Shown: positions 12,158 through 24,689 of the stretch, one piece after another | Layout of the letters: each line of letters begins with the position of its first letter | Numbering within the stretch: position 1 is the first letter of the stretch | Assembly (NCBI GenBank): GCA_013265495.1 | Contig: MU058337.1 | Span: 64,001 to 128,000 of the forward strand | Source: Vicugna vicugna | Lineage: Eukaryota | Direction: 5' to 3' | Length of the DNA stretch: 64,000 nucleotides | Made by a program: the position numbers and the translations under genes | Notes under the pieces: generated by a model | The model's input: the letters and a program-made list of their open reading frames with translations, nothing else | Databases searched by the model: none | What the model was told of the DNA's origin: nothing

Positions 12158-14816
12158 ACCAGCCTAGAGCAATTTATAAAAACATGTATGTAAATCAAGG
12201 AAAGAATAATTTCACAATTTTTGAATATTTGTGGGACAATTTTTTTTTTGTACTATGGATGGAGAAGAGAGGAAGGTAATGGGATGTTCTGAAAGGTTTT
12301 TGGTTACAGAAATTTTATTTAGTGGGGAAACATATCAGAGGTGGAGAGAATGGAGGAAGCCTTTGGAGAGGAACCAGTACCATGAAGAAAGCTGTGAAGG
12401 CAGGAAAATGCTAGCTGCATCTGAAGAACCCTGGAGAGGAGAGTGCGAGCAGGCACGGGCACCGCAGGGACATTAGAGATGATGGAAAACTCTTGAAACT
12501 ACACAACGTGGAAGGGGGGGGCCTTCATTCTTCTGGAAAAATGGCAGGGAGGTTTCTGGAAGCTGGAATGACATGTCATTAGGACTTCGCAGGAACAGTA
12601 CTAATACATTGGTGTGCGCGAGAGACCAGAAGAAGGAAACACTGAAGGTAGAAACACCAGGTAGAGGATCATTACAATCAATCAAGAATAGTCCAGGTCA
12701 ATAGTAACTCTGGCCTGGCCAACTCCATCCAGAAAAAGTATCATCAAAACAAAAATTACAGCAATATGCTGGTGGTTCCTGGATTATGTCAACTTGCCAT
12801 GGATGTTCATTAAGTTACGACTGAAAATAAAGAAATGACTGAGAAGAGTCAAGGGGATTGTTGTATATTCTGGAAGAGTGATTCTCCACCAAATAGAGCC
12901 CGATGAAAAAGAATGGACTTTGGCTAAAAAATCCATCTACGTGCAGTTCTTCCAGTCCTTGGGTAGGAAGTGAGCTTGGAGGTAGGCAAAAAAGATGCAA
13001 ATAGCTTGTCAAATAAACTAGCAGGAACTTACTTGAATCATTGCCGTGCAAAAGAGCAGAAGCAAAAGTTGAGGAAATCAGAGTCACCCGAGCCATTGTC
13101 AGTGCACTGCACCTCCCAAATCTTCCCCCAGCGTCGGAAGCATTCACAGAAGCTCTCCCGAGAGCATGTTTGCTCTGTTTCGCGTTATATCCGTGTTACC
13201 AGGCACTGAGCTGGACCTTTGTGTTAACAGAATCAGAGTGTATCTTGCAGAAGGCACTGGACTTACTAGCTGAAAAATGAGGATTTTAAATAATATTTGG
13301 AGAAAACAGTGGAAAATGAGCTGAGAGCTGGCTCATGTACAGACTTGGTAAAAGTCCGTCCAGCACATACATAATCCATTATATTCTGTGAAAGCCAGCG
13401 ACATTCTGAGCCCCACTGCAGGTCCTTAGATGTAGGATCCCGTTTTGAAGATTCTCTCTCTATCTTGCTGCTCTCGCTGTTCCTCCGTCAGTTGGTTCTT
13501 TTCTGCTAGAAATGAAGTTCCCAGACCTGTGCTGGCTGTGGTGGTCTCATGATACATGCCTGTATCCCCCTCCCACGGCCCTGCGAGTGCCAACCTGCAT
13601 GGAAGTTCGGGGGAAAGGAAGGAGGAGGTGGGAGGCTGTTCTCTGCCTAAATCGATGACAACTTTTGAAGTTAAACTCATGAGAAGTTTGACCCTAAGAT
13701 TTTCAAGGGTCCTAGAGCAATTTTGTGACAACTCATAGTTTCCATTCAAGTACACAATTATTTTTGGATAAAGAACTTGTGGAATCATACTACAATGATA
13801 TGGGGAGACATGTTAAAGATTGAGCAATCCGAGTATGCAGAAAAGGTCCCAGCCACGCGGGACTTGTTCTTACAGCTTCTGCTTCTGACGATGACTTAGA
13901 CTTTTCATGGCGGGATCCGACGGGGAGAGAAGGCCAGGGGTTCAAGGCAGAATTTAGCTCCGTGTAAGGAGGTGATCTCAGCTTCAGAAGAAGCTGCCTT
14001 GGGAGGCGGTGAACAGGTTGGCAAGTTAAATAAAACCTTCCCGCACCGCGGTTTACTCATCTCCAGTAACAGCACCTCCATCACAGATAGTGTCAGTCTG
14101 AACCGGCAGTCTTGTTGGTGTAAGTTGCACTTCTCATTATCACTGTTTTGTTATTATTTTGTAGGACCATCAGTCTGTCGTGGTCCAGGAGTTCTGAGTA
14201 GATATTGTCATGAACACTGCAAAGCCTTTTTTCACATGTTAAAAGGAAGTAAAAGATATTTCAAGACACAAGCCTGGAGACTCATACCAAGAACTGAGGT
14301 TCAGGTTAAGAACATAAAGATCAGAACTGCTGTCAACACAGACGGTGAAGCAAAGTGAGATGAGACACACCGTCCCCAGTGTGCTCGGGGTCTGGTCCTG
14401 GAGACACAGGCTAAAATCAGACCTCAGATTCCAAATGATTAAGAGTCAGAAAGAAGGGATGACAGTTACTATTAAAACTAGTTTAAGGCCTAAACCAGAG
14501 AACCAAGTTAAAGATACAGTGAGATGTTTGCATCAAAATAATTCCCTAAATTTTTATTTTCATTTAGGTGAAGTCCTAACTTCCTAAAATTCTGTAAGAT
14601 CAAGGCTGGAAGTTACCCAGACAAGCATGGACAACAGTTTGTCTTGGCTGATGTGGATACTCGAGGGTCTGATGGCAGTGGTAGTGGGGAGAGGCGTGGT
14701 ACATAACAGGGGCTGGAACTGCTTCCTGGAACAGAATTCATTTGCTGTGAAGGACGTGCAGGTTGTATGTAGTCGGGGTACAACCAGACAGCAACACTCA
14801 AGGCCAGGTGGTGTCC

Positions 14817-14920
14817 TTTTTTGGAGGGGGGTGTGGTAATTAGGTTTATTTATGTATTTAATTTTTTTTTTTAATGGAGGCAGCACAGGGAATTGAACCC
14901 AGGACCTCGTGCTTGCTAAG
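14817..14920 (-). mobile_element. Vic-1-type SINE, 5'-truncated (A box missing)
   Basis: ggtaattaggtttattt...taatggagg...gggaattgaacccaggacctcgtgcttgctaag, then the homology stops abruptly. Confidence 0.85.
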
Positions 14921-15003
14921 TTCACCATCCAGGGAGGCAGCAGCGTCTGACGGCTGCAGCATCCTTTGTTTACTGATATGGTGGGCAATATTTTTCATTC
15001 ACG
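14921..15003 (-). mobile_element. Short 5' remnant of a probable ERV LTR
   Basis: Reverse strand begins (C)GTGAATGAAAAATATTGCCCACCATATCAGTAAACAAAGGATGCTGCAGCC, similar to the start of laurasiatherian ERV1 LTRs as I recall them. Confidence 0.45.
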
Positions 15004-15106
15004 TCTCCAAAATCTCTTGCACATCTAATCTCATCTCGGTGTCTTCTTTCCAGTGGACCTAAACTAACAGTCTCCTTGAAATAAGAATTCAACCAAAATA
15101 CACCTT

Positions 15107-15335
15107 TGATGAACTGAATTGTATCCTCCCAAAATCCATATGTTGAAGTCCTAACACTCAACGTGACTTTTTGGAGATGGGGCTTTTAAGGATGTAAATT
15201 AAAGTTAAATGAAGCCGTAAAGGTGGGGCCCCGATCCAACAGGGCTGGTGTCCTTGTAAGAAGAGACACTGGAGAGTTTACTTTCTCCATAGGCACCGGG
15301 AAGGCTGTGTGAGGATGGAGAAGAAGGCGGCCAAC
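15107..15335 (+). mobile_element. MaLR LTR 5' part (MLT1A/B-like)
   Basis: tgatgaactgaattgtatcctcccaaaatccatatgttgaagtcctaac...ggtgtccttgtaagaagagacac. Confidence 0.85.
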
Positions 15336-16199
15336 AAGACAATCCCACAGAATGAAAGACAGGAAAAAACCTCCTCTGCACGTCGTCCCTGGCCATCACC
15401 CAGCCCACACACCCTCACCGCAGTTCTGAAGCAGAGAATCCATCGTAACTTCTCCAGAGCTTCAGAGGCAGAAAGCATGTTACTTGCCACCAACTGCCCC
15501 ACTTGAAAAGGAAATTCAGAGGATGAACACCAGGGCCTGAATCCTCAGGGTTAATAGCAAGCCTTCTCCGTCTAGACTTCAACGTGGACATCAAATTGTG
15601 TTTTTGATCTTCATTTTATTAGAGCCAGAAGGTACTCTTGTTTTCATATAGAATCAGTTTCCATTGAGAAGGAAGTAGAGGTAATTGCCAAATCGATGTT
15701 GCCCGCAGATAGTGAAGACTGGCTTCTGGAGGCACAGGGCTGGAGGGAGGCGGAAGGATAGGTCACAGAGCACATGCCAACCCTGCACGAAGCGGCTCAT
15801 TTATCAGACACGGTGCTTGCTTGTAGATGCTTCCCGGGAGAGTTTGATCAGGGACTGTAATGTGCGGGGCTTCCCCTTTTTTATTTTTATTTTTTGTATT
15901 TCCAGACATTGCTAAGTCAGTCAGTGAGGAGTAGGCAACAGAGAAAGGACGAGCAATGTAGACATTGTAAGCATCCTTTTAGGCAACTGAACAACAGGCA
16001 GGTTGGGGGACAGAACCTATTACTGAAATTCACAAGTGGGATCTGGAAAGTAGAGGCTGAAGGCTCATGTTCAGTTTAGACAGAAAATATCAAATATCAC
16101 TCTTAGTTTAAAAATGCAAATTCTGGGAAAAGCCATCATACATTGACAAATGATCATGTAGGGGGCAGGCGGGGGAGGAGATTTTTGTGCAGACGGGAG

Positions 16200-17510
16200 A
16201 GTGGGAATGTAGAAAAACAGGGTCATACTGGGTGTGATCAGGTGACATTTCAGCAGAGAAATGAAAGAGCTGAATGAAGGAGCCATGCAGAACCAGAACA
16301 AGAGGTGGTGCAAAGGCCCTGAGATAGGAGCAGGTATGGCATCTGGGGGGAAAAGTAAGAAGTCCAGGGTGGCTCAGAAGGAGTTTGTGGGAGGAAAATA
16401 GGAGAAGATGACATCAGAAAGTTGGCTGGAGTGGGGCAGGAAAATGGGCCGAGGCTGCAGAGCCTTCTTGCTGGTGGGAAGGGATTTAGATATTATTCTA
16501 AGCTGAGCCTAGAAGCCACTGAAAATCTGTACACAGAGAGGGGCACTAAAAATGATTTACGTGTTGGAAGGATTATTCTGGCTGCTGGACAACAGACTGT
16601 AGTAAGGTGACGCTGAGGAGATTATTCAATAATGCAGACGAGCGATGATGATGGCTCAGAGGAGAGTAGCCGCAGAAGTGGTGGGAGGTTATAAACGCCC
16701 TCTGGAGGCAGAGCCATCAGAAAGTGCTCATGGATCAGCGGAGGGGGAGGAGAGGAAGAGAGAAGTCAAGAAAGATGCCAAGATTTTGGCCATGGACACC
16801 AGGTAGACTGGAATAATTCACTGAGTTGGAAAGACGGAGCAGGCTGTCCTATCAGGGAAACCCAAGCGTGTGGGATGGGCAGATTTATACAGGATGCCAC
16901 AGGACACAGTGTAGGAAGTCTGACATCCAGAGAAGAGATCTTGGCTTGGAATAAAAGTTAGGGTTCACAGAGTACACATGGAATGTGATTCCCTAGAGAT
17001 GGAGGGTAAACAGATAGAGAAGAGCTCTGACGTCTTGGGATGCTATGGAGTTCAAAGTTTGGGAAGTTGAGGAGTAACATGCAAAGAAGTCTCAGAAGAC
17101 AGGACCAGTGAGGTAGAGAGAGCACCAGGGAGAGAGAAGAGTCTAGAAGCCAAGTGAAGAAAGTCAACAGAGAAGGAAGGCGTGATGGAGAATGGCACAC
17201 GCTGCTTCTAGCTGATGGTGGTGGGGACCAAGGAACACCCCGTGCACCTGGCAACATGGGCACCACTGATGAGAGCAGGCAGCAGGTTTGCTGGAATCCC
17301 TGGGAGAAAGTCTCGTAGGGCTGTCTTCAAAGAGACAACGAGGAGAGAAATCGGAGACAGAGAGCATGGACAACTCCTGGGGAGTCTGGGTCATAAAGGG
17401 AACAATGAAATGTGGTTTAGTTTAGTTTTCTTTGCTTTTCCTTTGGAAAGTATTACAGCATTTTTTCCCCTAGGTAATGAACCTATGCTGTGGATAATGA
17501 AGGGGACCTG
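16200..17510 (-). mobile_element. L2 LINE fragments
   Basis: Purine-rich L2 antisense text: gcaaaggccctgag...gggatttagatattattctaag...gattattctggctgctg...aagtcaagaaagatgccaagattttggc...gaagccaagtgaagaaagt. Confidence 0.7.
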
Positions 17511-17689
17511 GCAGAATGGCGATCCTGAGGAGGCCAGCAGGAGTGGGTCTAGGGGGCGAGTTTGGACCCCATGGCCAATGGGCCACTTTACAAAACAGCA
17601 TTCACAAGTTTCTATTTCCTAGGAATTGTGTATGTAGTGACAGACCTCAGGAGGAAAACTCTCACGATGTGTTCTGCTGTATCCCTTCC

Positions 17690-18420
17690 TGCAGGCACCA
17701 AACGACGCCGCTGGTCTTGGAAACGGCAAGTCTGCGCTTCCCCCGTAAGTCACCTGACCCCGGAGCGCGCCACCGTCGCGCCGTCTAAGGCAAGTGGGAG
17801 CTGCGGAGTGTTTGCTCCTGCCCCTGTGCGCTCAGCAGCAGTCTGGGCCTCTGACAGCTTGCACCTTCTTCCTTAGAAAATTACCAGTCTTTTTTTTTTT
17901 TTTCATAGACTGTTCAAAGCGCAATGAACCAGAGAACTCTCGGTTTCAACCAGCGGCAGCAACAGTGTCTAAAACTTCGTGGACTGGAGCCCTTTGCCGC
18001 AGCGTTAACTCAGTGAACTAGAATGTTTGGGCTTTTTTTCCGTTTCAATTTAATTAAAACTGGAGGGTCCGCAGAGCGAGAAATTACAGGGTTCAGGCTC
18101 CGCTGTTGGTTCTCACCGGGCATTCGTGCTGTCGGCGGCGGCGGCGGCGGCGCACGGAGCGGACACGGGCCAGCGAGGCTGCAAACCCGGGCGCCGCCTT
18201 CTCCTCCAAACCGTGCCAGCTGCTGGGTGAAACTCTTGGTACTGTGCCTTTTAATCCAGCAGTTCCCTTCAGCACGTTCTCCTGTACTCATGTAAGAAAA
18301 CTGATTTTAAAAAAAGGAAAGGACACTTGCTACCCTCATGCTCCGCCGCCGTACTGCCGTCCCGCCGGATAGCCAGGAAAACCGTGACTCATGGTCCGGG
18401 GGGGAAGGGGTGGCGACGTG
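17690..18420. promoter_or_regulatory. Intronic CpG-rich segment with (GGC)n, candidate alternative promoter/exon
   Basis: Dense CpGs relative to the flanks. (GGC)6 at about 18134-18151. Minus-strand donor CCG|gtgaga at 18116. Confidence 0.45.
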
Positions 18421-21400
18421 CACACTGGGAAGATAAAGAATTCCTGACTGTCCAAAGTGCTTCTCTACCACTAAACACACTTGGGTCAGACCAACATCCC
18501 CTCACTCTCACTTCCCCCTCTTAAGTTCTCGGTGTCTCGCTCACTGTCTCCAAAGACCACTGCCAACCTCCCCAACCCCAGACATATCCAAGTGCCGGCA
18601 GTCCTGGAGCATCACTCTCAGTCAGGACTTCAGGCCTTAGACCAAATTTAGCTGTAGCTCATTTTCCTGACTCAGAAGAGCCCAGAGATGCCATTTCCAC
18701 TGCCCCCTGCCCCTCCCACTGCACTCTGACCCCAGGGGCCCACTGCCCCGCTACCTTCTGCTACGGACTTTAGCCACAGACAGCTTCTGCCTGCTGTGGC
18801 CATCTTCCCTGCCAGGTTGCAGGGACCAGGCTCCATCTCTCTTGGTGTCCCCAGGACTTAGTCCACTGCAGGGTGCGCCTAAAAGAGTGAGCCCTTAATT
18901 CTGAATGATTGAATGAATGAATGAAATACGTTGAACACTGACACACCCTCGTCACCACTCACTAAATGCCACTGAAATCTCTCTGTAAAAACCAGGAGAA
19001 GTAGAGGGACGTCTGCTGAACATGAAGGGGCTTGTTTCAACAACAGGAAAAAGGTCTGGACATTTCCTGTGTAACATCCCACAATAGCATCAGGGGAAAT
19101 AATTTGCTCTTCAGCTAATTATTAATTCCCCACTTGTGCTGACCCCAGGGCAGTGAAGATCTAAGAGCACATGGTGACCGGGGGCTCACAGCTGCCCACT
19201 CCTTCCACATTGACGGGGCTCCTCCTGTTTAAGTGACACTAAGGTGCTGGACATCTGCCCCTAACAGCTCATTCCAAAAGTAACCCAGCCCCAGAGAGAG
19301 AGCGATGTCCTGGAAACCTCCCAACATGCTGTCCGCTCACCTTCCAGCCCCCACCCTGCTAGCCCTGCTGGCCCCTCCCCATAAAAGAAAAGCCTTTTTC
19401 TGTTTGATTTTGAGATGCTCACAGGTTCTGAGATCAGAGTCTCACCTATGGCAAAACCATCTCTTGATTCCCTTTCAAATATATTATGCCTGTAGTAATA
19501 CAGGACAGATGTGAGTTCTTGGCACGTACCATTTAACTAATCCCCACACACTCAGGAGAGATGTTCACCTCTGCCTCTTAACCTTATTTGTGGACTAGAA
19601 AGGTGAGACACAGAAAGTGCCCACCCAGGGACACGGCTCCTGAGGTTTAGGTGGGAATCAAACCCATCCCTGCAAACGCAGTTAGAACCTGTACTTCCAG
19701 GGACGCTTTTGCCTCGATGCTGTCCTGTAAGAAACCTGCTTTCCTCTGCCTCTGTCCCTGCACCCGAGCTGTTTTTCACAGCCAAAACATCCCTCTCTCT
19801 CCTCCTACCAAACTCTGAACACTTCCCAGAGAGCAGAGTTTCGGCTTCATCTCGCCCTCACCTCACCCCAGCAAATGCCCACTGCTGCTCCCGTGAAATA
19901 CATAGATTTCTAGTTTGATTTATAAAGGACAGCGCACCTTTCCACTAGACGATAGATGCATATGAAGCACACTTTTTTCTCTATTTTTTTTTCAATTACT
20001 CTCAGTACTTGATAAATTTGGGACTACATAGCAGGCAGTGAAAATAATTAATACGTCTTAGGAATACGAATTTGGTGTTGGCGAAATATTAAGCCACTCA
20101 CTAAATTGATACAGAATCCCACAGAATTTAAACACGCTTAATTTCTGTATGAATTCTTTATGATTCTAGAACTGGTTTTGAAACGGGCACCTTTAATTAC
20201 CTAGCAAGCTGTTACCTGTTGACTGAAAGCACCACAGTCCAGTGAACAAAGCTCTGTGGAATTCAGACCCACCTGGGGTCGCTGGCTTCAGCAGGTACAG
20301 AAATGATGCACAGCGCTCCAGATCTGCAGTGCAGACGTGCACCTGGACCTGAAAAGCTCACACTTTTCTCTAACATCCAGGAGGGGTCCTTTTGTTCCTG
20401 CGTCTGCCCCGGGAAACATCTTACTTGAGCTTCGTCTTCCCACATCCGCTCCCTCCTTGTCAAGTTCCAGCAACAGTTCACTCTCAGCTTAGCGTGGACG
20501 CTGTCTTCCCATACCACTGAGAAGCTAGTAAGCAAGAAACATTCTGACAAGCTTGCGGCTTTCCTAGCTCTGCCCAAGCCTGGTTCTGCTCCGGAACGTG
20601 GGAGGTGCAGACAACAATGTACTGTTACACCTTTTCGCTGGGAATATAATTTCCACCTGTTCCTTCCTTAAAGACAAGAGGATGCTTTATGCTTGCTCCC
20701 CAGCCCCGAGTGTCTGATACCCAAGTCATCTGTGTTGGTTGAATCCAGCTCTTTGGGGAACAGTCTACCTACATTCCAGGTCAAGTTCTAGAAATATTTA
20801 TCCTTGCAGAGTACTTAACACATGTCGCACCCAGTTATGTTCATGATGAACGCAAGTCCAGAACAAGGGCTGGGTACCTGCTTACTGGATTTGGTCATTA
20901 GTCTAAAGGTGGCAGGCTCTCAGTATCAGTTTCAATGGGTGTCCGCTTAAATCTGCTGGCTGACTGGCACATCTTCTAACGGCCTGCCTGTGCAGTTGGT
21001 GATGGGGAGGTTAGGGAGAGGGCCTGAGGCTGCATTCGGTAGAAATCCGCAGCCTCTCCTGGGGAAACGGGGCCAGGGCACGGGAGTCGCCATCATAAAG
21101 ACGGCATCGTCACACGGCGGCGGCGAAAGTTACCAACGGGTCTTCCCCTTTTATTCTCTAAATGCTGGAACAAAACTTAAAGGTTAAATGCATTTATATG
21201 GCAACCAACTACTTCAAAATTTTAACTTCTGGGCCAATGTAGTAAACGTAGGGAGAGGGCTAGCTCCGTACTCAGGAGCTCTAGGCTGCCCAGCTGTCTC
21301 ATTTCATGTTTCATAGATAAAGCACTTAAGGAATATATGAAATGTACTCTTCGACCCAAGGCTTCACATTTGGTGCTAGTGATTTACTTAAGGAATTCTA

Positions 21401-21619
21401 AGCAGAGCCTCTCAGGAAATCATCCAACAAAGTGTGAGCATTCCCTGCATTCGAGGCATGTCCTAGAGGGCTCTGGATAATACACGGACAGCTGATACTT
21501 CCCACAAATTCTCCAGGGGAGGCACAACCATCAGCACTTTAAACATATGCACCTAAATCATGTGGCCTCCAGACCTCTGGTCCAGAAGACCAGGGGAGCG
21601 GTGGTGACATTAACTGAGA

Positions 21620-21930
21620 CAGAAGATAGAAGGGGAAGTTTTGTTGGGAAACACATGGGGATAAATACTCAATTTTGAACATAAGTTAGAAATGTAAGGC
21701 CAGCAGAATGGTGGGGTCTAAGCTGAGGAGAAGGGTCTAGACATGATTTGGGAATCACCAGAGTGGGTGAAGGTGGATGCAGAGGGCAGAAGTGAGGCCT
21801 CCCGGGGAGGAGGGGTAGGAAGAGGAGAGAGATAGGGTCAGAGCCTTGGTCCATGGACGTTAGACCTTCACCGTCCAAGAAACTGAGGACCAGGGGCTGG
21901 AGCGGCAGGAGGAGGAAACAGAGTCTCCCA
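21620..21930 (-). mobile_element. L2 fragment
   Basis: caattttgaacataagttagaaatg...ctgaggagaagggtct...gatttgggaatcacca. Confidence 0.6.
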
Positions 21931-22144
21931 CTGCTATCATTTGATAGCTTCCTTTCGTCCTAAGTGAGGACTTGGAATTTTAAGATAAAACGGAGACATA
22001 AATGAAGTCTGACTTTGCAGCTCTGTCACTACACTTACAGCTGTGGAGCTGAGAGTCTAGCTCGTTTCGCCATCAGAAATAAGCTGGAGGGCTGATATAT
22101 TAAGTATTCCTGCTACGAAAGAAAAAAAGACTAATTAAAAAAAA

Positions 22145-22318
22145 TTAAGGAGGTGGGAGGGAACTTCTGGAGGTGGCAGATGAGTTTATGGCCTTGGTTC
22201 TGGCGATGCTTTCTTAGATGTAGACTTATCTCCAGACTCACCAAGTTGTAGATATTATACATGATACAATGTTTTTTAAATATAAATCGTACTTCAATAA
22301 AGTGGTTAAAAAAAAGAA
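22145..22318 (+). mobile_element. L1MC-type 3' terminus
   Basis: aacttctggaggtggcagatgagtttatggcctt...gtagacttatctccagactcaccaagttgta...ttcaataaagtggttaaaaaaaa. Confidence 0.8.
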
Positions 22319-22329
22319 ATCAACTTGAG

Positions 22330-22560
22330 AGACAGTGTGGTGTTATGGACAAAAACATGGCTTCTGCCCTCAGGGAGACCTGAGATGGTAATTAGATCTG
22401 AGGCTTAGCATCCTGAGCCTTGTAACAGAGAGGACATCCTCTTCCTGCAGGCGGTTGTTAGAAGAATGAGGAGACTAAAACCACGGGAAGCGCTCTGACA
22501 GAGCGATGTGCGTTAGTGCTCAGTGCTGAACGTACCTGCACAAATGCTAAATAATAAAAG
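22330..22560 (+). mobile_element. MIR fragment
   Basis: acagtgtggtgttatggac...gcggttgttagaagaatgag...aagcgctctgacag...tagtgctcagt. Confidence 0.5.
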
Positions 22561-23465
22561 CGTAATGAAGTCACTCCGTCGCCGTTTATATTACTGTTAA
22601 TAACAACATGCTGCAGACTAATTAGTAAAATCTGGTATCTGGGAGCAGCAATTCTAACAGAGGAACTCCATCCCCATTTAAGTCTCTCTTTCTTTGACTA
22701 ACTCAAAGAGAGTTGAATTGAAACCCTTAAAAACCTTTAGAACAAATTTTCCTTTCTACATGGAAAAGACTTGTTGAACACGTTTTAGATCAACGCAGTA
22801 CATTAAAAATGACAGATTACGCACTCAAATAATACCAATTCCCAGAAAAGAACGATAAAGTGCCAAAGATACTAAATTTACACTGACAAAAATGTAACAT
22901 TTAGCACGTTAAATGAAAATCGTGAATTGCTTGTCAATGACATAATACAAACCTTAGCACAAATAACATGTTGTCCTTCGAACAAGTGTATATGATTCTC
23001 TATACTCAGTAAGCCAATGAAAGAACTTGGAAATAAGAGCAAAAGTAGAATAATTTACACAAGATCATATTCTGCAAAGTTTTTAACCATAATTTAAATG
23101 GAAAGAGTTTTTCTTGTGGCAGTAATTTTTACTGTCTCAACTGTAAAAATGTGTACATCAGACTATTTGAGTAGCTTAAAAATAAATGAAAACATGACTA
23201 CCGTGACTAAGTGAAAACTTCTTCCTGGATATATTTCTAGAAGAAGTCAAGCACGTGCCAGAGAGGTTGTAATGCCTCTAAAGGGATTACTTGACTTTTC
23301 AGTGTAGTTTAATTTCTTAAATTTGCAAGAAATTAATACTTTTCCTCTGACAGAGTGATGTGTATCAGTACTCAGCTGGAATCTTCCAAGGTAGATAAAA
23401 GACTCAAAAGAGGTGATAAATAGAGCCGTCGTTTTACGCTTGGGTCAGGCCAGGAATATAATGAC

Positions 23466-23829
23466 TCCCGGACTAAACTTCTGTGTCACCCCCCCCCAAT
23501 TCACATACTGAAGACCCTCAATGTGGTATTTGGATCTGGGGGCCTCTGGGAGGTAATTAGGTTTGGATGAGGTCCCGAGGCTCGAGTCCCCGCGATGGAA
23601 TTAGTGACCTTACAAGAAAAGAGACAGAGACGGAGTGTTGTCTCCCCACCGTGAGGAGACACAGCGAGAAGGCAGCTGTCCACAAGCCAGGAGGAGAGCC
23701 CTCCCCAAACACTGGACTGGCCAGCACGGCAGTCTTGGACTCTTCAGCCTCCAGAACCATGAGAAATAAATGTCCGTTGTCTAAGCCACCAGGTCTAGAG
23801 TATCTTGTCGTGGGAGCCTGAGTGGGACA
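23466..23829 (+). mobile_element. MaLR LTR (MLT1A0-like)
   Basis: caattcacatactgaag...gggaggtaattaggtttggatgaggtc...gtgaggagacacagcgagaaggcagc...cagcctccagaaccatgagaaataaatgtccgttgtctaagccacc. Confidence 0.88.
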
Positions 23830-24175
23830 CCCTCTGTGGACAAATATTTTTATTCCACGCTGCAGTAATGGACTTAAAATGTCCACAACTGGCTACAAAT
23901 GCAGACTCCTTTGTTGAATTCTAAGTCATTCAACCACTTCTTCATCATTCAATGCTGATGCCGACCTTAGTACTGAACATCATCTTTACTTCCATCAGTA
24001 ACAGAAGCGATTTCCTGGGAGACGTACATGTACACAAGTTGAATTTGAGTGTCTTCTTCTCTAAGAATCTTATCCTGATGTCCCAGGGGCATCCCTAACT
24101 TGGTTAACAGCATTTTGTTTTCCTGGTTGTTCAAGACAGAACAAAATGGACATCACCCTTGAACTCCTCACTCCC

Positions 24176-24681
24176 TGTGGCAGGTAGGATTTTGCTTCCA
24201 TAATTCTGCTCTCTGATGTCACGCTTGTGAATACGTCCCATTATCTGGGGAAAGGGAATTAAGATTGCTAATGAGTTGGCCTTAAAAAAGGGCAACCATC
24301 CTGGATTCTCCAGGTGAGCCCAGTGCAACCACAGGGCCCCCAGAAGTGGCAGAGGAAGGCAAAGCATGTGGTGAGAGAGACGCAAGCAAGGATAGAAAAG
24401 AAACAGGAGGAATCTGCAGCATGGGAGGCCAATGCAATCTACCACTGCTGACTCTGAAGGAGGAGGATAGGCTATAATTCAAGGTAGGTGGCTTCTAGAA
24501 AATGAAAAAGTCGAGAAACAGATTCTCCCCAAGATACTCTAAAAAGGAAGCAGCCATGATGATACCTTGATTCCAGCCCAGGCAGAGTTGGGACCTGTGA
24601 AGCTATGTGATAATACATTTACGCTGTTTTCAGCTACTAAATTTGTAGTACTTTGTTATGGCAGCAACAGAAAGTAATAGG
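24176..24681 (+). mobile_element. MaLR LTR (MLT1D-like) inserted into an L2
   Basis: tgtggcagg...cctggattctccaggtgagcccagtgcaaccaca...acagattctcccc...ctaaatttgtagtactttgttatggcagcaacagaaagtaata. Approximate TSD ctccc/gtccc. Confidence 0.85.
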
Positions 24682-24689
24682 TCCCGATC

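Noticed and set aside
12815..13788. Cluster of overlapping ORFs suggesting a processed pseudogene
   Set aside because: No recognisable protein, poly(A) tail or TSD.
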